A stretch of 64,000 nt of DNA from Callorhinchus milii (lineage: Eukaryota). The stretch lies in the NCBI RefSeq assembly GCF_018977255.1, contig NW_024704743.1, positions 111,168,001 to 111,232,000 on the forward strand. Reading direction: 5' to 3'. The position numbers and the translations under genes were made by a program. The notes under the pieces were generated by a model. It worked only from the letters and a program-made list of their open reading frames with translations, did no database searches and was not told where the DNA came from. Below are positions 49,890 through 63,720 of the stretch, one piece after another (the first letter of the stretch is position 1; each line of letters starts with the position of its first letter).

Positions 49890-50730
49890 CACTCTCGCTT
49901 CTGAGTTAGAAGGTTGTGAGTTCAATTCCCACGTCGGGACTTGTACTCACATAGTCTAAGCTGACACTCCATTTCAGCGCTGGGGATCTATTACATTGTC
50001 GGAGGAGCCATCCTTTGGATGAGACATAAAACTGAGATCCTGTCCCTGTTCAGGTGGACGTTATAGACCCTACAGCACTATTCAAAAAGAAAATGAAGTT
50101 TCTCCCAGTGTCATGGCCTACAATCCCTAAAAAATAAAAAAAATGGTCATTCTTTTAATGGCTGTTTGTGGGACATTACTGTATGCAATACGCTGCCTTA
50201 TTTGCCTACAAATACACGGCAAATCCATTACAAAGTAAATCCTATCCTTGGGGGCAGGGAATCATTCCATTCAGCTCCTGTTAACCTTGCCTGCTACGCC
50301 CTAATGGGTAGGGTAGTCCTACCTGCTCAAGCAGCGGGAAAGCTTGCCAGACAGCAATATCAATGGCAAGCTATATGGATTTAAGCTACTTCGGCTCCAG
50401 CAATACCCCAACACACACTCTGGAGTTCCCAGGTCTTGGCTGTTGCCAACCTGAACCTAATACTGTCCAGAATTAAGTAAGCGGGATGCATCCCTCCAGA
50501 AAGAGAGTGCGCATTCCATTCCAACAATCTAACTCTGGAATTTCAATGTGTAGGTGGGATGCATGGAAATCTCAGCATGATTTGGGTACTATTAAGCACG
50601 GTAATGGGTTTCCGCATGTGTCTGACACCCGCATGTGTCAGACACAATCCTAGGAAGCACTCCTTCCGGTGTGATAAGTCACTATACCAAATGCAAGGAT
50701 TATTATTATTATTATAATTATTGTTATTAT
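49890..50730 (+). mobile_element. SINE family B interrupted by repeat family D (50245-50645)
   Basis: SINE reads ...agtaaatcct|...|aatcctaggaagcact...aaatgcaaggattatt. Confidence 0.8.
50245..50645 (+). mobile_element. Unclassified repeat family D
   Basis: Flanked by AATCCTA direct repeat (50238-50244, 50646-50652); colinear homolog at 63370-63720, partial at 3880-4005 (-). Confidence 0.75.
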
Positions 50731-52275
50731 TATTAGAGGATCCAGGATAGGCATTCGTGGAGTATAAGCACTAGATGGTAGAACAACAACAACTTGCGTT
50801 TATATAGCGCATTTATATTGAGCTGTACCATGTATGAATCTATGTGAATATTTGAAGTATAACATGAATGATCATTGAAGCACCTAGATTATTGCTTGGC
50901 AAGTAGTGAGTTCAAACTTGTAGTTTTCAACACAGCAAAATTCCATATAGCAATGTGCCTAGGTGCCATTTGTGAGCACAGTGAGGGTGACAGGCTATTT
51001 GACCACAGAGGATATCACAGACAAACCAATTTTGTACTATTCCCCTGTCCATTATTGTGACTGGAAAGCAATCAGCAACAAGAACCCTATCTGATTTTTG
51101 CCCTCCATATTGCTATTTCCCACTAAGATCAGTGAACGTAGCACAGATCAGGGAACCTAACCTGGAACTGTTTGGGTCAGCATGGCTTAGAAAGTATTTC
51201 TTTATCCAGATGGTAATTCACAACTGGCACAGCTTAACAAGATGGGTGGCTGAGATCAGGTTGCTGGATCTGTTATAAAAACAGCTTGATGCTATGATGG
51301 TAGGGGGATAGGGTGGGCGTACTGGAAGGATGTTATCAAGTAGGCCAAAGGGCCTTCTGCACCTGAACCAATCTTGTGGTCTTGTGAAATCCAGTGGCTT
51401 AGCAACTGAGGCATTGTGAAAGCTCTAACCCAAGTTTTTATATACAGTAATATATAATTAGTAATTGGATATGATTTTGCTTTTCTACTTTTACTGTTTG
51501 TGCACATCCAGCTCCCCAGTATTTGTTTGTCGATCATCCTTTTGGTTTATAAGTAACAGTCCTTTGTTCCATATGTAAGACTGAAAGGCGGTTGTCAGTT
51601 GTCACTGCTATATTGAATCCAATTCATATCAAGATTGTTTTAAAGAGACATAAATCTTTCTTCAGTGAGAAAGCCTTGAAAAGGCTCTTCACAGCAATAA
51701 ACTCAGTACAGCCAGTGACAGGGTGTTATTCTTTATTGATGGTCTTGTTAAAATGCTTCTATTAACCTAACTTTACAGATTTTTTTTTGGAGTGCCGTGG
51801 ACCATTGGTGAGGACAGCATGTTGATTTGCGAAACAAAGCCTGAGCAGCTCAATAGAATGTTGTTCTATTAAATGAAGCAGTAATTTCAGGCAATAATGT
51901 GCGACATTTATTTGATTTATCTGAATCAGCAACTAGACTTTTTACTGGAATGTTCACAATGTTTTTGCAACAGAGGACCAATAATAAATTTGAGGTTAGG
52001 CTTTAAATTTAGTCCATAGCTGTGTCTTATGCGAGCGAAATGTCACAGTATGAAAGAAAACAAAGACCCAATTTTCTATCTGTTTATCATCATTGGTGCT
52101 TGTGTGATTCTGATATGTGATAAAATTATGCATCTCATTTTAGTATGCAGTGACTTAAATGAATTTGCATACAGTATTACAGTGAATATTTTAGGTTCAT
52201 GTCACTCAAAACTCCCTTCTGTTCTTGAGTAGGATCTTTAACATCTACCTTAACAGTTAAATGGGACCTTGATTT

Positions 52276-52505
52276 AGTTTCCTTACTCCAAACGCCTAAT
52301 AATAATCCCTCCAAAATAAAACAATAATAAATTGATCATTTTCAATCCACGACTGCTTGTGGGACACTGCTGTGCGCAATTGGCTGCTGTGTTTCGCCCA
52401 CAAATATACAGTCAATTCACTTTACAGTATATCCTGTGAAGCGCTTTGAGACGTCGAGAAGACGTGAAAAGTGCTATATCAATTGCAAGGATTATTATTA
52501 TTATT
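52276..52505 (+). mobile_element. SINE family A, short subfamily, 5'-truncated
   Basis: agtttccttactcc...aataataatccctcc...(ATT)n. Confidence 0.85.
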
Positions 52506-53707
52506 AATATCTCATCTGATGTCTCTGATGTTTCATCTTAATCCCATAGCTCGGGTGCAATCTCTTAACTTTCCAGCGCCTTGGGAAGTCCTTCCATCTT
52601 GAAAGGTACTATATGAATGTAATTAGCTGTTGTTGTTGTTGAAGAAAATATGGAGCACCTACTGAGAGAAATTTTGAAGTGAAATTCTTCAGGCCAGTGG
52701 TGTGAACATTGGGATTCAGGACAGAGAAAAGGGGAAGAGTTTCTGGGTTCTCGCTGCTGGAAAAAAGCACCTTGCGACATAAATGCACACCTGCTGAAGG
52801 AACCTGGTATATCACACCAACTTGTGAGACCTTGGCTTGCTTTCCCTCCCCGATTCCCTGCTCTACATTTCTACCCTTCTCACTCTCTAGTTCAGATTCG
52901 CAGCATTTCCAAGTTTCTTCACTCAACGATTCTCTCTCATTTCTCTTCAATATTTGCCTTCCTTGAAGAAGTTATTTTTCTTTCACTTGACCATGTTTCT
53001 CCTACAATTTCTTCACCTTCCACAGTTCAATGAGGTACAGTTGCCTTCGGTATGGTTCCATGGGGTATGGTTCTATGAGGTACAGTTCCATTAGTGCCCA
53101 TCCCTTTTGCCTCCCCAAATGGTAATTATCATGAGTGAGTCTTGATGGTGAACCTTAGCAATAAGGCAGGCTATTTGACCACTGGATTCACAGCCAAGCC
53201 CAATTCTGTCTTTACTTGCTATTCACACTCACATTATAGCTGGGACTGTGGGTAGCGATTTAGGGCAGGAATCCTGGCTGATTTTTCTCTCTTTAATCCG
53301 GGAGCACTGAGATTACAAAAAAATTACTCAGCACAGATCCACACAATGGTATTTTCACTCCTAAAAAACAATTTTGAGTTGTTCCAACATGATAAGGTGC
53401 TATAAAAAATTAATTTCTTTCTTTCTAAAGCCTGCATATTCAAACACTTTTGAGACATCCTCCTGACATGAAGACACCACATATAGATGCTATTGTATGT
53501 GTGACTCCTCTCTGAAATTCTCATTGTGTAATGTACAGCACTTTAAAATTTCTTTCCTGCATTTCCCAATGGGTTAATAAACCACTAGCTGCCTCTTTGT
53601 GAACATCATTAGTGTCTTAAAAACCTTCTTCAAATGTTAGTTTTCCTGGTAAAGTCCTACTCGTTCCATCTCAGTTCATAAAGAGGTTTCTGCAACCCCA
53701 ATGCACC

Positions 53708-53805
53708 TTGTAACGAAAGGTCACCTTGCAAGCTTTATAATCTCTTTCTCTTTTCAGATGCTGATCGACCTTCTGTGAGGTTACAGCATTCTCTGCTTTT
53801 ATTGC
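53708..53805 (+). mobile_element. Degenerate Penelope-like terminal repeat fragment
   Basis: cagatgctgatcgaccttctgtgaggttacagcattctctgcttttatt resembles a recalled common shark Penelope-type repeat; preceded by a decayed hammerhead-like core. Confidence 0.5.
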
Positions 53806-56073
53806 AAACGTAATTTGCAGAGGAGACAATTTAAGAGTCACGGCATCGCATCCACAATGTGAAGAGAACAACACGGTGGAAAGAATACATCGGACAGAAC
53901 GTTTATATTTTGATCTATTTTCTTCATTTCCAGCAGCTTTAAACAGCTCCCTCTTCATTCTGGACAAGCTAGACAGAAATTTAATTTGTACCACACACAG
54001 ACCTGTAATACTTCATTCTGACTGCTTTTGGTTAGATAGTGCCTGTCTTCATAGGCTCCAGCCAATAGTTTAGTGGGCATGATTATTAATTTATTGATAG
54101 ATAAGTAAGTAAACAGTATGGAGAACTAATAAATTGTTGAATGGTGTGACTAGTTTGGGGGTTCCTCAGTGATCTGCTAGATTGCAGATTTCAATGATAT
54201 TTACGCTCTTAACAGGCTTATTGATGATTTTTGTATGTGAAGATACAGCTCAAAAAAAGTTCTCCCCAAACTAAAAATGTCCCCTGGCGGAGATTTTACC
54301 AATGCATGAAGACTCAACCTTCCTTACTCCTCTCTCCCCCCACCCACTCCCCGCCACAAACACACACATATAAATTTGAGATTTTGAACAGAATCCAATA
54401 GTTACACAATATTAGAATGTCCGCTCTGCTCCAGCGCTCACCACAGATGTTCCATAAACTTCAGTGTTTGCTGTCAGCCTTGAGCTGCAGAACATTATTT
54501 TCAGAAAGAAGATATGTAATAGAAAACACTTCTTGCTCTGCTCACTCGCTTGTCATCTGAACATCCTGTTCCTCAACTAATCTCATTGATACCTTCAGAG
54601 AACCACATTTGTCACCTGCGCCTCTTCCATAAGTGATAAAGTCTCTCGGACTTGAATACCAGAATCTCCATTGCTTCGGAGTCTTTGCCAGTTGCCTTGC
54701 AGTGCTACAAGGACTGACCTGCTCACTGCTATCTTCTTTTTAAATATGCATTGGTCGCATAACCCTATATTCTGCCACATGACTTCTCAGTGCATTCATT
54801 GCATCTCTTTGAACTGAATAGAAAGTACAGAAGGAGGCAGTTGAGCTGCCTTCACTCCAGGAAAATATATGTAAATCAACGTGAGTAGAAAGGGAAACTA
54901 ATGGAGCACGAAATAACTACATTAGTGAGAAGAACTGTTATCAGCTTCACTTCCTTCTGTTTTATTTGCTATGATTTAAGCATGAATACTTTGGGGATTA
55001 CAGTTCGCACCGCATTGAAACAAAATGGGGAACAAGAGTACAATTTCATAGTTTATTCAGAAAATAATGTGAATTAATACAGTTATTGTGTCTTCTTTAT
55101 AATTATATGGAGATCTCATCAGTGATAGGGAGTAAAAGCAATTCTTTCCTCTATCAAACACTTCAAATCCACAAGGGCTAAGGCCCTAATTGACTTTTGA
55201 TGGTATTTTTCATTTGTGAAAGAACTATTTTCTACAGTCAGGATAAAAGTTTAATTTGCTGTACACAGTATTCTGCAACACTAGTGTTATATATATATAT
55301 GCATGTGGGAGAAGAGTATGGGAAGGTACCTAGTTTTGAAAAATCACAAAACATACCGGATTTAATTGTTGAATAAATTACAAAATGAATTTAATGAGCA
55401 ACAGAGATACTGAGTGCTTGAAATAATTAAATTAACTCACGACTGGATTTGAAGCTTAATTCATACACAATAAGGGACTATAACAAATGCAAGGATAATT
55501 TATTAACTTTTAGTGTTTAATTTTAGTGTTTAATAAACTGATGAATTGGAATAAATAAATAGGTAATTTATTGACCTCACCAAATAATTAAATAAATACC
55601 AGTTGCTGTTAATGAATAATTTTGTTGAATTAGTGTTATAAATCAGTGAGATATTGCATGAACTCAAACAATGACATTTAGGGCTACATTTATCAGCTAA
55701 TTTAGCAGCAATGTTATGAAACTGTACAAATTGACTATTCACTTCAGGGCTGTTTGTGGGACACTTCTGTGTACAAATTGGCTGCCACATTCACCTACAA
55801 AGTACACAGTCACTACATTTTACAGTAAATCCTGTAAAGACATGAAAGGCACTATGTCAAACACAAGGATAATTAGTATTATAATTAATTATCTTGTTCT
55901 TTCCATGTTAATACCACAGTCACAAACAACAAATTGCATGTATATAGAGCCCTTCATGCCGGACGGTGTCTCAGAGCGCTTAACAGTGGCGGAGTCTGAT
56001 GCCGAGACAGGGGACCCTTCCCCCTTAGAAACACTTGTAAGGTAGTTTTGCTATTACTGTAATACCAAACTGT

Positions 56074-56385
56074 GGAGTCCTGCAGCTCAGTGGTTAGAGC
56101 ACTCACTTTGCAAGCAAGACACCTTGATTCAATTCCAGACAGGGCGAAACCTTGGGCAAGTTTCCTTACTCCACACGCCTAATAATAATCCCTCCAAAAC
56201 AAAACAATAATAAATTGGTCATTTTCAATCCACAACTGTTTGTGGGACACTGCTGTGCGCAATCGGCTGCCGCGTTTCACTCACAAATATACAGTCAATT
56301 CATTTTACAGCATATTCTGTGAAGGGCTTTGAGACGTCTAGAAGACGTGAAAAGCGCTATATCAAATGCAAGGATTATTATTATT
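56074..56385 (+). mobile_element. SINE family A, full-length short subfamily
   Basis: ggagtcctgcagctcagtggttagagc head to (ATT)n tail. Confidence 0.92.
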
Positions 56386-56389
56386 AATT

Positions 56390-56590
56390 ATACAACACAG
56401 AAGGAGGCCATTCGGCCCATCGTGTCTGTGCTGGCTCTTTGAAAAAAGCTATCCAAATCAATCCCACTCCCCGCGCTCTCCCCATAGACCTGCAAACTTG
56501 TCCTCCCCCAAATAATTATCTACTTCTCTCTTAAAAGTTGTTATCGAATCGGCTTCCACCACCCTTTCAGGCAATGCATTTTCCTAAGAT
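56390..56590 (-). mobile_element. CR1 3'UTR fragment (same family as 42305-42428, +)
   Basis: acagaaggaggccattcggcccatc; the 42.3-kb copy ends (TTCTATGA)n. Confidence 0.75.
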
Positions 56591-56609
56591 GTTCAATCAA
56601 AATACCCAT

Positions 56610-56992
56610 AATAAATAATAATAATAATCCTTGCATTTGATATAGCACCTTATCACGTCTTCTAGATGTCTCAAAGTGCTTCACAGAATATACTGTAAAG
56701 TGAAAAGTGAATTGACTGTATATTTGTGGCCCCATCTACCTGTTCAAGCAGATGTTAAAGATCCCATGGTACTATTTGAAAAGAAAAAGGAGTTCCTTCC
56801 GGTGTCCTGGCCAATAATCCCCCTGATAAAATTCATCTTTCACTTCATGGCTGTTTGTGGACATTGCTATGTGCAAATCAGCTGCTGCATTCACCAGCAA
56901 AATACAGTCACTTTGTAGTAATCCTGTGAAGCACTTTGAGACGTCCTCCTAACATGAGAGGTGCTGTATCAAATGCAAGGATTATTCTTATT
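56610..56992. mobile_element. Back-to-back SINE pieces: A 3' end (-, 56610-56730) and B 3' part (+, 56733-56992)
   Basis: Both carry the shared 3' body and (ATT)n tail. Confidence 0.8.
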
Positions 56993-59277
56993 ATGCATTG
57001 TTGTTGTACTGCCTTGATGTGTGTGCTCACAAGGGCAAAACCTGGTATTAGAGTTGGTTTGGATTCTTTCAGATGCATTACACTATTGGAGCGAAGACCC
57101 TTTTTAAACTCTCACCAGTGTTTTGTGTGTCTTTTCGAGTACTGTATATAAACCAATCCACAGCAGAGACTTGTGAAGAAGCAAGTGGACTGCATTCCAC
57201 GTGTTTGTCATATCAAAGGTAAGGATCTCAACGATGCCGTGAAAAGATATTCCATTAGAGCTACAATGACTTTGCTAACCTCAAGAAGGCTATAATAGAC
57301 ACCACCTGCAGAGCTGTTATTTGAAGCAGCTGCCATAAATTTACCAAACATTACTGCATGGATTTATCTTTCAATGGTGATTTATATATAATTTGGCAGC
57401 TCCTTTTATCTGCAGCTATATTCCTCCAGTCTGCGTAGGCTTGCTCCACTCAGCTAATACTGAGTCAGTCTCCTGGGATATTTAGAGGTTGTTAGACTGG
57501 AAAGAAAATTAAATCTTGGAGGGACTTCTTTCTTTAAATGGAAACATTTAAATTTAAATATTTCTCTGCGCAACTTGGCTGCTGGGTTAGCTGAAAAAAT
57601 GCACAAATGAAAGATTCCTGTAAATCCTGCAAAGTGCTTTGAAATGTCCTTCCTATGTGAAAGACTCTCTATTAAATGTAAGGATTATTATTATATTATT
57701 GTAACAGCCTCCACATGCTGAGGTTCCACCATTTCTGTCACCACCAGCCTACACTAGAATTACAAGTTTTTCAAGAGAATTTAAACATCTTTTGAGTCAA
57801 ATGAAGAACACAGAGGAGCAGCTGATATTACAAAATGTCCAAAGGAGAATGGAAATCTTAATGTTCGTGACTTTTAGTTGAAGTGTGTGAAATATGGATC
57901 CTTCAAACCTGAAACTTTCAACTTGTGTCAGCAAACAGGAAAAATAACCTCGATAGCCGACAGAACTACATGATTCATATGAGGTGTATAATTCCCAATG
58001 GCTATATCTCTGCAGTGTAAATGAAACTGCTGTGCACATTTGCAGGCCAACATCAGCTGTTCTGAAGAACCTGCTTAAGAATGCATCACACTATGACTTA
58101 GAAATGCTCTAAAGTTTGGGTTGTGTCTTGTCACGTCTTGCACAGACTAGCTCCCTGAAGAGACTGAAGCAGTTCAGCTCAAATAGCTGACCATTCCATT
58201 TATAGTTCAGAGATTATCCCTGCAGAGAACCTAAGCAATCTTTATAAGCGTAGAGGGTAGAGAGCCGTGCGACAATTTGTTGTTTTACATTTATCAACAA
58301 CAACTTGCGATTGTATTACTTTCACGTGGGATAGCGTCCCGGAATGCTTGTCGGTGGTGGTTTCTGACCCTGAGCCAGGGGGAGAGGGAGTGGGGAGGTG
58401 ACAGTAAGAGCAATTAAAAATGAAGGTCTTTAAGTGGGATTTGAAAGTGGGGAGGGAGGGAGGGGGCAAGGCAGAGGGATTGAGGGAGGGAATGCCAGAG
58501 TTCCGGGGCGTAGTGGCTGAAGGCACAGCCACTGATGGTGGAGTGGAGGTGATGAGGGACAAACAGGAGGCCAGAACAAGCCAAGTGGAGGCAGCGGGTG
58601 GGGAGTAAGCAGATCAGATAGGTAGGGAAGTGCGAGGGCCTGAAGGGATTTGAACATGAGTGAGAGGATCTTGAAATTGATCCATTGGTAATTGGAAGCC
58701 AGTTGACCTGGCAAGGACTGGTTGTGATGGGGGTATGGAGTTTTGTGCGGTTGAGTATCTGGGCAGCGGAGTTTGTATTAATTGAATTTGGTGTATGGTG
58801 AAGCTAAGGAGACCAGCCAAGAGCGCACTGGAATAGTCCAGCCGGGAAGTGACGAAGGCGTGGACAAAGGTTTTGGCTACATTGGTTGTGAGGTATGGAT
58901 GGATGCAGCCAATGTGATGGGAGTGGAAAAAAATGGTCCTGGTCAGGGAACGGATGTGGGGTAGAAAGGAAAGTTGGGAATCAGACCTAATGCCTAAGTT
59001 ACACATGGGTTCGGTGACTCTGAGGGAAAGGTTGAGGTTGAGGAGTTCAGACCCGCAGGAGAGAAGACATTGAGCGAAAGAGTATGGTTTCCGTCTTACC
59101 GACATTCAGCTGTAGCAAATTTGCACACATCCAGGCTTTGATGTCCATCAAACAAGCTGACAGGACATCAGTGGGCTGGGAGTTGCAGCCGGAGGAAGAG
59201 AGGTAGATTTGGATGTCATCCGCATACAAGTGAAAGTTGACCCCATGTGTTGTTGGCAGTTTGTTAAGTAGGACTCA

Positions 59278-59676
<399 letters not shown>

Positions 59677-60073
59677 ACAAACCATGCAAGTGCGGTCCCA
59701 CTAAAGTGGATGAAGGAGGAGAGGTGGTGGAGGAGGATGGCGTGGTCAACTGCGTCAAACATGGTGGAGAGGTCCCAGAGAACGAGGAGGCAGAGGGAGC
59801 CCTTGTCACAGAGAGAGAGGACCTCGTCTGTTACTTTACTCTCTGTGCTGTGGGCAGGGAGAAACATCACTGGGTCCTTCACACACCATTGCTAAAAGGA
59901 ATGTTAGTTCCATTACTCTATCCTGATTTTTAAAATTATAAACAAGTTGCAAAAACTCCATGTTCACGATCGCCATGTCACCTTTTATTTTCACCTCCAA
60001 AATATGCAGTCAATTCACTTTATAATATATCCTGTAAAGCACTTTGAGACATCTCAAAGACGTGATATGGCAC

Positions 60074-61038
60074 AACTTCCACATGTATGCGGATGACTCC
60101 CAACTCTACCTCTCCGCCTCCATCCTCAACTCCAGGAACACTGCTATCCCAACAGACTATCTGTTGGACATCAAATCCTGAATGAGAGCTAGCTTTCTCC
60201 AGCTGAATGTGAACAAGACCAAGGGCCTCCTGCTTGGCTCCCGTCAGCACCTCCATACCTCGGCGCTGACAGCATCACGCTTCATGGATGCACACTACAC
60301 CTCATGGAGCCAATAAGGAATCTTGGCTTGTTCGACCCTCAACTGTCCTTCATCCCCCACATCCATGCCATAACCCGTTCTGCCTTTCTCCACCTCCGCA
60401 ACATTGCCCAACGCTGCCACTGTCTCTTACCACAGGCCATCGAGATCCTCATCCACACGTTCATCACATCCAGGCTCGACCATGCAAACTCCCTGCTTGT
60501 CAGCCTCCCCAACTTTTCCCTCCATAGGCTGCAGATCATCCAGAACTCTGCAGCCCGTGTCCTCTCCCACACCAGGCTCCGCGACTCCATCATCCCATCC
60601 TTGCCTGACTCCACTGGCTCCCCATCTCTAAGAGAATACAGATCAAGATCCTGATCCTCACCTTCAAAGCCCTCCATGGCTTTGCTCCTCCCTAACTCTG
60701 TAACTTCATAACCCACCGCTCAGGGGCTCCAGCTTGCTTCAAGTCCCCGCCTTTCCTACCTCACCATTGGCAGGAGAGGCTTCAGCCTCTCTGCCACTAC
60801 TCTCTGGAACTCCATCCCACAGTCCCTCCACCTCGTCTCCTCGCTTGCCTCCTTCAAAACCCATCTCAAGACCCTCCTCTTCGACTGTGCCTTTGGTCAC
60901 CCTCCTTCCCCTACCCTCCCTGCCTTCACCCCTTCTGATCTGAACACCAGATCGGCTGCGGATCCCAGAATGTCCGGCACCTTGGGACATCCTCCTGATG
61001 TGAAAGGCACTATATAAATGTAATTTGTTGTTTTTGTT
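60074..61038 (+). mobile_element. L2 LINE (family 2) 3' part, inserted into a SINE tail
   Basis: [39 protein letters not shown]; the host SINE tail is split at ggcac|tatatcaaatgcaag (59990-60073 and 61039-61075). Confidence 0.93.
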
Positions 61039-63151
61039 ATATCAAATGCAAGAATTATTATTATTATTATTATTATCATCAGCTAAGACTCTTTAACATC
61101 CAACTTCAAACTTCCCAACAATTTCGCAAACTGAAATTGCTTTTGTTGTCAACTTAACACTGTCATTAACCAGTCAGATATTCTTATTTCATTAATTGAA
61201 TGGAAGTCCAATATTTTTGTGTGTGTTTTTTTAAAGAAGACTCTCACAAGCCCACACATATAATATACATTAGCTGGTCTTTGAAAAACAGTGCAATTCA
61301 TTTTGTGGTTTATCTTTCCAGTGGTCAGCCGATAATAATAGAAAACTTGCTTGAAATTAGGTGAAATATCGACAGAGATAAAGAATCTCTGACAAGCAAA
61401 GTATTAAAATGATTGAATGAAGCTAAAGTGAAGCACTGAGTATCATAATGACCAGTGCACACAACCCAATCCTTCAGCAGCATTTGCTGTCATCTGATTT
61501 GGTGATCTTTTATATTAAGGGACGAAACAATGATGAACATTTCAGTTCTTCCGGGATACAAAAAATGATTCCTTTATTCGTAAAATAAAGTTTCAATAAC
61601 AGCATTGAAGCGTCATTTGATATTTTTCTTGTCATAAATAAGGACTTTATTCCCTCAAGGTCTTGTGGGTCATAGATTGAATGTGCTGTACCCATCTGTG
61701 TGGGTGCTATAGCTTTGACTCTGAAAATCCTTTCAGCAGCAGACATGTCATTTGTCCACGCCACAAACAGCTTTATTATAAATCCAGGAGCAACTATAGT
61801 TCTAGAAAATCGATACACTCGCTGGCCATTCACTAGGCTCATGAAGTCCAGTGTCAGATTGAAATCTGGGAGAGATTTTCTTCTTGCTGATAAGCGTAAC
61901 AACTGGAATGATGTGTCCTTACATTGGGATTTTTCCATTATATTGTCAAAGAGACATTGCTAAAGTCAATGACAAGCAGAATATAATAATGATAATAATA
62001 ATCCTTGCTGACGATATATCACCCTTCATGTTGGAAGGATGTCTCAAAGCATTTCACGAGATTTACTATGAAGTACAGTGCCTGTGTATTTTGTAGGTGA
62101 AAGTTGCAGTGAATTTGCATACAGCATAAACAGCACACAAACAGTCATGAAATGAATGAGCAATTTTCCCTGGGGAATTGTTGGCCTAGACCCCGAGAGA
62201 AACTCTCTTCTCTTTTTGAATACTGGCATGGAAATGTTGTGGTTCACCTACAAAGGCGACCGTGATCTCGGGTTTCTCATCTTCCATCGGGATATTTCTA
62301 GTCTGACATCAACAACTGCAAATCATTTCATTATGCATAACACACGGTTAAATGAAACACGTTTGCCAAAACGTTGTTGTACGCTGTGTGAAAGCCCACC
62401 AATGCATCCATTTAATAATCTGTAATATTTATATTAGAAGGGAATCAACACTGAAACATGTAAATGTAAAAAACGGAAACCCGATGTAGGAGCTCTTAAT
62501 AATAATACTAATCCTTGCATTTGATATAGCACCTAATCACATCATTGAGACGTCTCAAAACGCTTCATAGGATATACTGTAAAGTGCAGTGACTGTGCAT
62601 TTTGTGGGCGAAACATGGCACAGTAGTCTTCCACAAACAGCCGTGGAGTGAGCGACCAATTTTATTTATCATGTTATTCAATATGCCGGAGCTGCAAACG
62701 ATAACTTGTTTCACAGAACATTATGGCGACTGGTATTGAACAGCCAGTTGTCCTGTGACTTGGATGTGAGATAGAAGTAATGAAGAAATGACAAACACAA
62801 GTGTAATGACTCTACAATCGTTGGCGGGCATGGCAGCCAATTTGTGCATGGCAATGTCTCTCACAAAGAGCGATGAGGTGATTGCCCAATTTTATCTGGG
62901 GGAAAAATGATCTTGTCAGACAATAATTTTTGATAAGGGACATGTTTTTTTCTACCCTGGGCAAAGCTTTGAGTAAGATGCGTTGCCTGGAGGGAAGCAA
63001 CTTTGGCAGTGGAGAAAGTTCTTACAAGGCAATTAAGAGAATTCCAATGGGAAACCTGTTTCTGCTTAGCATTCCAATTACTTCCTCAGTTACTATGGTT
63101 GAATTTATAATACAAAGCTTCCTCGAATATTTCCTCAATAATACTGTGGCA

Positions 63152-63173
63152 GTGTGTGTGTGTGTGTGTGTGT
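63152..63173. repeat. (GT)n microsatellite
   Basis: About 11 GT units. Confidence 0.9.
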
Positions 63174-63369
63174 ACAGGTCCAGAGGGGTAGAGTAACCTC
63201 TCATGCTGTGTGGGAGCTTTCTCTCCAGTATCAGTAACAGTGAGGTCAGAGGAAGAACAATTATTTCAGGACGTGACATTCACATGTTAACAACCATGGC
63301 AAAAAGCTACAGCTAATGGGGTTGGCTGAGGGGTTGAGTTCCGCTCTGTTTGCTAAATGGAGCAAGGAG

Positions 63370-63720
63370 CACGGAGAAAATCCCACTCAGCTCTGTAAAC
63401 TCTGTAAGCCAAAGCCCTAACAGATAGGATTGTCCCAGCTGGACAAGCAGAGGGAAAGCTTGCCAGACCATAATATTAATGAATCCAGTAGTATTCCACA
63501 CATTCTGGGGTCCCCAAGCCTTGGCCCTTGCCAACTTTGCTTAATACTTTCAGGAATTAGATGAGCAGGATGGATGCATCCCTCTGGGAAACAGTGTGCA
63601 TTCCATTCCAACTTACAGGGATGTCCATGTGTTGGCGGGATGCATGGAATGCTCAGTCTGGTTTGGATACTCCTAAGCACAGTTATGGGTTTCTGGTTTC
63701 TACATGTGTCAGGCTGACCG
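63370..63720 (+). mobile_element. Unclassified repeat family D, second copy
   Basis: Shared blocks gggaaagcttgccagac, ctggggtccccaagccttggc, ggatgcatccctc, gcattccattccaac, gggatgcatggaa, taagcac.gt.atgggttt. Confidence 0.75.

Noticed and set aside
53022..53094. Degenerate 15-bp tandem repeat
   Set aside because: Ordinary decayed minisatellite with no further structure.
58150..58190. Hammerhead-like CTGAAGA plus hairpin
   Set aside because: No GAAA box or stems I/III identifiable.
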